Source: Gemmatimonadota bacterium
GTDB lineage: Bacteria; Gemmatimonadota; Gemmatimonadetes; Gemmatimonadales; GWC2-71-9
Length of the DNA stretch: 64,000 bases
NCBI GenBank assembly: GCA_041500125.1
Contig: JBGQLP010000004.1
Coordinates: 9,332-73,331 of the forward strand
Direction: 5' to 3'
Numbering within the stretch: the stretch's first letter is position 1; every line of letters starts with the position of its first letter. The translations under genes were made by a program, and so were the position numbers. The notes under the pieces are model-generated. The model had not been told where the DNA came from. It did not search any database and saw only the letters and a program-made list of their open reading frames with translations. Of the stretch, positions 43,294 through 52,294 are shown piece after piece.

Positions 43294-43577
43294 ACCGGCC
43301 GGAGAGACGGTGCCGTGAGCAGGCTCAGGCCTATTTTGTCGAACAGAGGATCCAGCAGAAACCCGATCGGCACGAACAACGCCCACCCCAGCATGCCGCC
43401 CCCGAACGACAGATTGAGCAGCACCAGGAGGGAGAAGATCACCAGGTTATGCAGATTGACCAGAGGGGTGAGCCCCAGCGCCGAGCCGAGCGCCATGCCG
43501 GCGGCCACCTGGCCGGGTGTCCCCGCCGAGTGCAGCGTCTTGATGATGGACTGGATCAGCTTGAGGAGGGCAAGCAT
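43227..43577 (-). CDS. TIGR03546/DUF2062-like small membrane protein, apparently C-terminally truncated
   Basis: 116 aa. MLALLKLIQSIIKTLHSAGTPGQVAAGMALGSALGLTPLVNLHNLVIFSLLVLLNLSFGG...DPLFDKIGLSLLTAP. Ends in an Arg-rich out-of-character tail (CSAAGRSRRRR) where a final TM would be expected. Confidence 0.5.
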   Translation of the reverse strand: MLALLKLIQSIIKTLHSAGTPGQVAAGMALGSALGLTPLVNLHNLVIFSLLVLLNLSFGGGMLGWALFVPIGFLLDPLFDKIGLSLLTAPSLRPVWTDWTNTRPICSAAGRSRRRR

Positions 43578-43591
43578 AGGGGGAAAAGTAT

Positions 43592-43655
43592 GGGAGCCAG
43601 GAGTCAGGAGCTAGGAGTCGGGAGCCGCCTGCTGGCTCCTAGCTGCCGACTCGCA
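43592..43655. repeat. Family E: five tandem RGGAGYY heptads plus partial complementary arm
   Basis: GGGAGCC AGGAGTC AGGAGCT AGGAGTC GGGAGCC (43592-43626), then gcctgct GGCTCC TAGCTGC CGACTC. Lies in the divergent gap upstream of thrA. Confidence 0.5.
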
Positions 43656-43677
43656 GCTATGTTATCCTCTCGAATCT

Positions 43678-46194
43678 ATGCCACGACCCCGCCGCGCACC
43701 GCAGGTGCATAAGTTCGGCGGCGCCTCGCTGGCCGACTCCGCCGCCGTCCGTCACGCCGTCGAGATCATTCAGAGCTACCGTCCGGAGCCCACGGTCGTG
43801 GTCGCCTCCGCAATGGCGGGCGTGACGGATGCGCTCCTCGAGGTGGCTCGGCAAGCCGGAAGCGGCGACGAGCGCACCGTCGCCTCGCTCATCTCTCAGC
43901 TGCGGTCCCGGCACGCCGAGGTGGCGCGCGCGCTGTTGCCCGCGGGCCGCTCCCGCGCGGGGATGCTGGCGCACGTGGCCGAGGTGTTCCAGGAACTGGA
44001 GGCGCTGGCGCAAGGACTGCGGCTCCTTCGAGAGCTCACGCCCCGGACCACCGACTACTTAATTGCGCGAGGCGAACGGCTCAGCGCCCGCCTGTTCGCC
44101 GAGGTCCTGGACCAGACCGGCCACAAGGCGAAGTACGTCGACGCAGCCGATCTGGTGCACACCGACGCGGCCTTCGGCCACGCCTCGCCCGACTTCGGAC
44201 GGACGGACCGCAGCGCGCAGCGCCTGCTGCTGCCGCTCCTCGCTCGTGGCCTCATTCCGGTGGTTCCCGGATTCGTCGGCGTCACCCCCGGAGGAGAAGT
44301 CGCGACCCTGGGGCGGGGCGGTTCGGACCTCACTGCCACGCTCCTGGCGCGAGCACTCGGCGCCTCTCAGGTCTCCCTCTGGAAGGACGTGCCCGGTTTG
44401 CTCACCGCCGACCCGCGGGTGGTGCCCGACGCCCGGGTGATTCCCCAACTGCATGCTCGGGAAGCGGCGGAGCTAGCCTACTACGGTGCCAAGGTGCTTC
44501 ACCCTCGCGCCTTGATTCCGCTGGCCGGGCGGCGCATCCCCATTTACATCCGGCCGTTCGCGGATCCCAAATCGGAGGGAACCGAAGTCTCCGAGCGGGT
44601 GGCGCCGGGACGCTTTCCGGTCAAAGCGCTGACGGCGGCTGGCGGGCAGGCCCTCATAACCGTCACCGGTAACGGGATGCTCGGGGTACCCGGCATCGCG
44701 GCTCGCACGTTCGCAGCGCTGCATACCCGCAAGATCTCGGTCTCGCTCATCTCCCAGGCATCCTCGGAGCATTCGATCTGCTTCAGCGTGCCGGAGCCTT
44801 TTGCCGAAGCCGCGCAGCAGAGCCTGCTGCGGGAGTTTCAGGGAGAGATCGGCCGACGGGAGATCGACGGCGTGGAGGTGAGCCCCGGGATGGCCACCGT
44901 CGCCGTGGTCGGACTCGGCATGCACGGCACCCCGGGAGTGGCCGCGGCGGCGTTTTCGGCGCTGGCCGCCGGAGGCATCAACGTGGTGGCAATCGCCCAG
45001 GGCTCGTCCGAGCTGAACATCTCCGTGGTGGTGGCCGCCGAGGAAGCGGCTGAAGCCCAGCGCCGCATCCACACTGCTTTTCAGCTGTCACGCATCGCTG
45101 GCGGGTCGGTGGTCCAGCCCGAGCGCATGGAGCTGGTGCTCCTCGGGTTCGGCCACATCGGACGAGCCCTCGCAGCGCTCCTGGGGCAGGTGGAGCGGCC
45201 GTCGCTTTCCCTCCGGGTGGCCGCGGTCATCGACCGCTCCGGTTTCGTGTTCGATCCCCAGGGGATCAGCACTCGGCGGCTGGTCTCTCTGGCGGCGGAG
45301 AAGAAGAAGGGACGGCCGTTGGCCGAGCTGCCCCAGGGGACTCGGGCCAGTACCGAAGAAGCGGTGGCGCACATTGCGGGTTACGCACTGACCCGTCCAG
45401 TGCTGGTGGACCTCACTGCTGACGACACCGCGCCGGCTCTGGAACAAGCCCTGACTCGGGGCATGGATCTCGTCCTGGCCAACAAGCGTCCGCTGGCAGA
45501 TCGGCGCAGCGTGAGCGATGCCCTGTGGCAGACAGCGCGGGCCCGAGGCCGGCGCATCCTACACGAGGCGACGGTAGGAGCCGGGCTTCCAATCATCGAC
45601 ACCTACCACAAGCTGGTCGAATCGGGTGACCGGGTCGAACGGATCGAGGGACTTCTCTCCGGCACCCTGGGCTACGTCATGAGCGAGGTGTCGGCCGGAG
45701 TTCCGTTCTCGCAGGCGGTGCGCAGCGCGATGAAAAAGGGCTACACCGAGCCGGACCCCCGCGATGATTTGTCGGGAATGGACGTCGCACGGAAAGCTCT
45801 CATCCTGGCCCGGCTACTCGGCTATCCCGGAGAGTTGCGCCGCAACTCGGTGGAATCACTGGTTCCGAAGTGGGCGCGCTCCATCTCGCTGAAAGAGTTT
45901 CTCGAGCGGCTCGAGGTGATCGATCCGGTCTGGAAGCGGCGGATGGAAACCGCCGCGGACGAAGGATGCGTCCTACGCTATGTGGCGCTGGTGACCCCGG
46001 CGAGAATCGCCGTCGGAGTGCGGTCGGTTCCGACGACCAGCCCGTTTGCCGGCATCAAGGGCTCCGACAATCAGCTGGTCTTCACCACCGCGAGATATAA
46101 GTCCAACCCGCTGGTGATCACGGGGCCGGGAGCTGGCGCGGAGGTTACCGCGGCGGGCGTGCTGAACGACATTCTGAGGCTGGCGGGAGCGTGA
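43678..46194 (+). CDS. thrA: Bifunctional aspartokinase / homoserine dehydrogenase
   Basis: 838 aa. VHKFGGASLADS kinase N-terminus, two ACT regions, C-terminal homoserine dehydrogenase domain. Confidence 0.95.
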   Translation: MPRPRRAPQVHKFGGASLADSAAVRHAVEIIQSYRPEPTVVVASAMAGVTDALLEVARQAGSGDERTVASLISQLRSRHAEVARALLPAGRSRAGMLAHVAEVFQELEALAQGLRLLRELTPRTTDYLIARGERLSARLFAEVLDQTGHKAKYVDAADLVHTDAAFGHASPDFGRTDRSAQRLLLPLLARGLIPVVPGFVGVTPGGEVATLGRGGSDLTATLLARALGASQVSLWKDVPGLLTADPRVVPDARVIPQLHAREAAELAYYGAKVLHPRALIPLAGRRIPIYIRPFADPKSEGTEVSERVAPGRFPVKALTAAGGQALITVTGNGMLGVPGIAARTFAALHTRKISVSLISQASSEHSICFSVPEPFAEAAQQSLLREFQGEIGRREIDGVEVSPGMATVAVVGLGMHGTPGVAAAAFSALAAGGINVVAIAQGSSELNISVVVAAEEAAEAQRRIHTAFQLSRIAGGSVVQPERMELVLLGFGHIGRALAALLGQVERPSLSLRVAAVIDRSGFVFDPQGISTRRLVSLAAEKKKGRPLAELPQGTRASTEEAVAHIAGYALTRPVLVDLTADDTAPALEQALTRGMDLVLANKRPLADRRSVSDALWQTARARGRRILHEATVGAGLPIIDTYHKLVESGDRVERIEGLLSGTLGYVMSEVSAGVPFSQAVRSAMKKGYTEPDPRDDLSGMDVARKALILARLLGYPGELRRNSVESLVPKWARSISLKEFLERLEVIDPVWKRRMETAADEGCVLRYVALVTPARIAVGVRSVPTTSPFAGIKGSDNQLVFTTARYKSNPLVITGPGAGAEVTAAGVLNDILRLAGA

Positions 46195-47156
46195 AGCCAA
46201 AGGAGCAGAGCTTTACCGCGTTCGCCCCTGGTGGGGTGGGTAACATCGGGCCCGGACTCGACATCCTCGGACTCGCGCTCGCCGGCGAGGGCGACACGGT
46301 GCGGGCGGAGTGGAGTGGAACACCCGGCATTCAGATCCGCGACCCGGGACATCGCGATCTCCCTCGTGATCCGGCCCGTCACACCTCGGGCCTCGCCGCG
46401 CGCGCGGTCCTGGACAAGGTGGATGACCGTCGCCATCTGGAGCGCGGTATTGCGCTCACGGTGCGGAAGGGCCTGCCGCTCTCCGGTGGCCAGGGCGGAA
46501 GCGCCGCCTCTGCCGTCGCGGGCGCGGTGGCGGTGAATGCCCTGTTGGGGGAGCCGTTGGACCGGCTGGAGCTGGTCAACGCGGCTCTCGCGGCTGAAGA
46601 GAGGGTCGCTGGCCGGCACGCCGACAACATCGCGCCAGCATTATTCGGCGGCATTGTCCTCATTCGCTCGATGGAGCCGCTCGACCTGGTCCCGCTTCCG
46701 GTCCCCGCCGAGCTGCTGGTGGTGGTGGCACGGCCCAACCAGCGAATGCGAACCGCTGACGCGAGAGCAGTCCTGCCGGCAGCGGTCTCCCGTGCGGTGG
46801 CGCTCCATCAGGCCGCGCAGGTCGGCGCCCTGATTGCCGCCCTCGCCAGCAACGATTACGAGTTGCTCGGCCGCGCGATCGACGACCGCATCGCGGAGCC
46901 AGTGCGGGCCGGGCTGCTCCCCGGATTTCGCGAGGCAAAGCTGGCCGCGCTGGCGGCCGGAGCACTCGGCAGCTCGATTTCCGGCAGCGGGCCCACCGCC
47001 TTTGCCTTGGTGCGGGGACCGGATGTCGCCAAGAAGGTGGCGGAGGCTATGGCGGCAGCCTACGCCGCCTCGGGCCAGCGAAGCGAGGTACGGGTGACAA
47101 CGGTGGACCGCGAAGGGGCTCGGCTGGTTCCCGACCTGGAGGGAGCACATCGGTGA
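46191..47156 (+). CDS. thrB: Homoserine kinase
   Basis: GHMP kinase motif GLPLSGGQGGSAASAVAG. Overlapping start and stop codons with thrA and thrC. Confidence 0.9.
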   Translation: MKPKEQSFTAFAPGGVGNIGPGLDILGLALAGEGDTVRAEWSGTPGIQIRDPGHRDLPRDPARHTSGLAARAVLDKVDDRRHLERGIALTVRKGLPLSGGQGGSAASAVAGAVAVNALLGEPLDRLELVNAALAAEERVAGRHADNIAPALFGGIVLIRSMEPLDLVPLPVPAELLVVVARPNQRMRTADARAVLPAAVSRAVALHQAAQVGALIAALASNDYELLGRAIDDRIAEPVRAGLLPGFREAKLAALAAGALGSSISGSGPTAFALVRGPDVAKKVAEAMAAAYAASGQRSEVRVTTVDREGARLVPDLEGAHR

Positions 47157-48448
47157 GATTCCAGACCCAGCGCCCGGCGAGCTGGCAGACCTGCATCGCC
47201 TGCGGGAACGAGGTGGTGGAGACCGATCCTCATCCCCGCTGCGGCCTGTGCGGCGGCCTACTGGAGATCCATCACCGGCCTCCGGCCATCACCGCCCAGG
47301 AGCTGATCCAGCGCTTCACCGAGCGGCGCGGGGGGCCACCGGGAGCAACTGCATCCGGCGTGTGGCGCTTCCGCGAGATCGTGTTGCCCTCGGCAGACGC
47401 AGTGGTGTCGCACCCCGAGGGAAACACGCCGCTGCTGCACCGGGTGGCGCTCGACCGCTGGGTGGGGCTCGACCACCTGCTGCTCAAGCACGAGGGCCAC
47501 AATCCGACCGGCTCCTTCAAAGACCGCGGCATGACGGTCGGAGTGACTCAAGCGCTCCGGATCGGCGCCACGGCAGTGGCTTGTGCCTCGACCGGTAACA
47601 CCTCCGCGTCGTTGGCGGCCTATGCCTCGCAGGCAGGGCTGCCGGCGCTGGTGTTGGTGCCGCTGGAGGGAGTCGCCTCCGGCAAGCTGGCGCAGGCCCT
47701 CGCCTATCGGGCTCGAACCATTCTGGTACGGGGCGATTTCGACGATTGCCAGCGCCTGGTAGAACAGGCCAGCAACGAGCTGGGAGTCTATCTGCTGAAC
47801 TCGATCAATCCGTTTCGGATCGAGGGCCAGAAGACCATCGTACTGGAGCTGTTGCAACAACTCTCCTGGGACCCGCCCGACTGGATCGTGCTCCCCGCCG
47901 GCAACCTGGGGAATACGGCCGCATTCGGGAAGGCGCTACGCGAGGCGCAGGAGTGGGGATTGATCTCGCGACGCCCCCGCCTTGCGGCGGTGCAGGCATC
48001 GGGTGCCGCTCCCTTCGTTCGCAGCTTCGAGCAGGGCTTTGCCCAGCGGCACCGGGTCAAGGCGGACACAGTGGCCACGGCGATCAAGATCGGTAACCCG
48101 GCCTCGTACGATCGAGCGGTGACCGCGATTCAGGAGACCAACGGAGTCGTGCTCTCGGTCCATGACGCCGAGCTGCTCGAGGCCAAGGCGGCGATCGATG
48201 CCTCGGGGGTGGGATGCGAGCCGGCCAGCGCGGCGGCAGTAGCCGGGGTGCGGCAGCTCGTCACCCAGGGCCTGATCCAGCCATCCGATCGAGTGGTGGC
48301 GATCCTGACCGGACACATTCTCAAGGACCCGGGTCTCCTGCTCCGGTACCATCAGGAGATGGAGCCTCCTCCGCCGGGGGCCAACCGACCCATCGAGATC
48401 GAGGCCGACCTGGCGGAGGTCGAGCGGGTGCTGCGCCATAAGGGGTGA
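47153..48448 (+). CDS. thrC: Threonine synthase
   Basis: 431 aa. PLP-Lys motif GSFKDRGMTVG. N-terminal Cys4 zinc ribbon. Confidence 0.95.
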   Translation: MRFQTQRPASWQTCIACGNEVVETDPHPRCGLCGGLLEIHHRPPAITAQELIQRFTERRGGPPGATASGVWRFREIVLPSADAVVSHPEGNTPLLHRVALDRWVGLDHLLLKHEGHNPTGSFKDRGMTVGVTQALRIGATAVACASTGNTSASLAAYASQAGLPALVLVPLEGVASGKLAQALAYRARTILVRGDFDDCQRLVEQASNELGVYLLNSINPFRIEGQKTIVLELLQQLSWDPPDWIVLPAGNLGNTAAFGKALREAQEWGLISRRPRLAAVQASGAAPFVRSFEQGFAQRHRVKADTVATAIKIGNPASYDRAVTAIQETNGVVLSVHDAELLEAKAAIDASGVGCEPASAAAVAGVRQLVTQGLIQPSDRVVAILTGHILKDPGLLLRYHQEMEPPPPGANRPIEIEADLAEVERVLRHKG

Positions 48449-48540
48449 GAAGTGAGAGGTGAGAAGTAAGAGGTTCAGCTACGAACCAGGCCGCTCACCT
48501 CTCAGCTCTCACTCTTACCTCTTACCTCTTACCTCTTACC
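48444..48540. repeat. Family A heptad palindrome, copy 2
   Basis: GGTGAGAAGTGAGAGGTGAGAAGTAAGAGG ... CTCACCTCTCAGCTCTCACTCTTACCTCTTACCTCTTACCTCTTACC. Contains the thrC stop (TGA 48446-48448) and the convergent gene's stop (TAA 48538..48536). Confidence 0.75.
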
Positions 48541-49786
48541 GCTCTTTCGACACCTTCCAGATCTTCTGGTTCTGATCGGCCGAGATGTAGAGCGATCCAT
48601 CGGGGGCCACAGCGAGCCCGCTGGCGCGGAGATCCGTAGGCCCCTCCTTAGATGTCGCGAAGGTCGAGTACTCCCCGGAAGGCCGTCCATCCTTGAACGG
48701 CACGAACACGACGCGGTAGCCCGCCTGGGGCAGTGGGGCGCGATTCCACGATCCATGGAACGCCACGAAGAGCCCGCCCTGGTATTGCGGCCCGAACTGA
48801 TCGCCGTTGTAGAACGCGAGCGCCAGAGGGGCCCAGTGGCCGGGGAAGGCCAGCAGCGGGTTCTTGGCTGAGGCGCAACGACCGACCTTCTGTCCGTCGC
48901 CGCCGTACTCGGGGGCGAGCACCTTCTTCTTGTAGTCGTTGCTGTAGTAGCAGTAGGGCCACCCGAAATCATCGCCTCCGCCCACCTTCACCAGCTCCTC
49001 CGCCGGATTGTCGGCGTTAGCCTTGTCGCTGAAGCCCCAGTTGTCCCCCAGCTGATCGCGGCCGTGCACTGCGGCGTACAGGTCTTCACTCCCGGTATTG
49101 GTCGTGAGCGCCAGCGGATTCCTCAGCCCCGTGGCAAACCGACGTCCGTCTTCGAACCGCTGGCCCACCCGGTCGGCAGAGAACTGCCAGATCCCCGCCC
49201 GCCGCTCCAGCTCTCGACACGGGTCCAGGCCGGGTGAGTGATCCCGGCGATCGGACCTCTGACAGCTGTTGCTGGCCGATCCGACGCTCACGTACATCTC
49301 CCCACCGGGACGAAAGGCCAGACTCTTGGCCTTGTGGTTGCCATCGTCGGGAAGACCGCTGACCACTGTTTCGCCCTGGCCTTCCGGTACCAGCTTACCG
49401 GGTGTGAGTCGATATCGCAGGATCCGATCGTTCAACGCGAGATAGAGATACCCGTTCCGAAGCTGCACGTCGTTGGCCCCGCCGGGTCCAAAGCTCGCGC
49501 GCTGGTCGGGCTTCCCGTCGCCATTGGTGTCGCGCAGTGCGAGCACACCATTCGCGCCGCTGGCAATGGCCGCGTAGAGATCGCCGTTGGGAGCCACCGT
49601 CAGCTGACGCACCGCGCCGATGCCGCTCGCCACCACCGTCGCGCAAGCGCCTTGGGGGAGCACCAGCCCGCCGTTATCAGGATCGCATCCCGAGGGAGTC
49701 TGAGAGGGAGAAATCGTCATCCAGCCGAGGATCAGCGGCGTCATTGCTAGTGTCGCGGCTCGGAGAATGGGATATGAAGACGCCAT
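48536..49786 (-). CDS. PQQ-dependent sugar (sorbosone/glucose) dehydrogenase-like beta-propeller protein, secreted
   Basis: 416 aa. Signal peptide. GLRNPLAL..., GRDQLGDNWGF, DDFGWPYCYY are typical of the SGDH family. Confidence 0.8.
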   Translation of the reverse strand: MASSYPILRAATLAMTPLILGWMTISPSQTPSGCDPDNGGLVLPQGACATVVASGIGAVRQLTVAPNGDLYAAIASGANGVLALRDTNGDGKPDQRASFGPGGANDVQLRNGYLYLALNDRILRYRLTPGKLVPEGQGETVVSGLPDDGNHKAKSLAFRPGGEMYVSVGSASNSCQRSDRRDHSPGLDPCRELERRAGIWQFSADRVGQRFEDGRRFATGLRNPLALTTNTGSEDLYAAVHGRDQLGDNWGFSDKANADNPAEELVKVGGGDDFGWPYCYYSNDYKKKVLAPEYGGDGQKVGRCASAKNPLLAFPGHWAPLALAFYNGDQFGPQYQGGLFVAFHGSWNRAPLPQAGYRVVFVPFKDGRPSGEYSTFATSKEGPTDLRASGLAVAPDGSLYISADQNQKIWKVSKER

Positions 49787-50019
49787 GAAGAGAACCGTTC
49801 TTGGAGTTATGAGAGGGAGCCGGAGCCCCGGACCACCGCTGGAAGATACAGTGGCCCGGCCTTTGCCAGAGGGGCCGCGGAACCCCCCGCAGGGGTTTTC
49901 AGAGGGGAAATGTGGTTTTGCCTATTGCAACTGGGCGGCGTCTGTTTACTGTTGGACACGGTAGTTCTGCTAGTTCCCGAGGCACCACACGGTTCTCACC
50001 CATTTTTGGGAGACTCGCG

Positions 50020-50385
50020 ATGGCCACCAAGAGGAGAAAGACTGCCGGTAGGAAATCAGCCAAGAAGCGCGCGAAGCGGCCAGCTGCACGGAAGAAGACC
50101 GCGAAGAGAGCCAAGAGGAAGTCCACCACCAAGCGCAAACCGAATCCCGCGTTCATGAGGCCGTTACAACCCAGCTCGACGCTCGCCAACGTAATCGGCA
50201 GCAGCCCCATGCCCCGGACCCAGGTCATCAGCAAGCTCTGGGCGTACATCAAGAGAAACGGACTGCAGGACTCGAAGAATCGCCGGGCCATCAATGCCGA
50301 CGAGAAGCTCCGCCCGTTGTTCGGGGGCCGGAGTCAGGTCACCATGTTCGACCTGGCAAAGATCGCGAACAAGAACCTCAGCTAG
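50020..50385 (+). CDS. SWIB/MDM2 domain protein with Lys/Arg-rich N-terminal tail
   Basis: ORF 49912..50385 trimmed to ATG 50020. Tail MATKRRKTAGRKSAKKRAKRPAARKKTAKRAKRKSTTKRK, then SWIB core MPRTQVISKLWAYIKRNGLQDSKNRRAINADEKLRPLFGG. Confidence 0.85.
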   Translation: MATKRRKTAGRKSAKKRAKRPAARKKTAKRAKRKSTTKRKPNPAFMRPLQPSSTLANVIGSSPMPRTQVISKLWAYIKRNGLQDSKNRRAINADEKLRPLFGGRSQVTMFDLAKIANKNLS

Positions 50386-50410
50386 ACCCGGCACTGCCGG
50401 CGCAGTACCG

Positions 50411-50442
50411 AGGGCGCTCCCGCTGGGGCGCCCTTTTTATTT
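50411..50442 (+). terminator. Intrinsic terminator after the SWIB gene
   Basis: AGGGCGC-tcccgctgg-GGCGCCCT followed by TTTTTATTT. Confidence 0.6.
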
Positions 50443-50472
50443 GAAGGAGGCCCCCTCTATCTTCCTCGCCCT

Positions 50473-52146
<1,674 letters not shown>

Positions 52147-52149
<3 letters not shown>

Positions 52150-52284
52150 GCGGGGCAGCGGGGCGGCGGGGCAGGTTCCTTCTGAGCCAAGCACCTGTCA
52201 TCCCGAGCTTAGCGGGACCACTTCGAGGCTCTCACTGTCTTGGTGTGCACCGTCTACCGCCCCGCTGCCCCGCTGCCCACCTGC
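52147..52284. repeat. Family B GGGGCAG-arm palindromic element, copy 2
   Basis: Starts on the ettA stop: TAGGCGGGGCAGCGGGGCGGCGGGGCAGG. About 80-nt core containing CTGTCTTGGTGTGCAC. C-rich arm CCGCCCCGCTGCCCCGCTGCCCACCTGC. Confidence 0.65.
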
Positions 52285-52294
52285 GCCGCTATTA

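Noticed and set aside
49878-49902. Orphan hairpin GAACCCC-ccgca-GGGGTT followed by TTC, a possible sRNA terminator in the SWIB upstream gap
   Set aside because: Only a 6-bp stem and a very short T-run, and no upstream promoter or transcript evidence. Not distinguishable from chance in GC-rich DNA.
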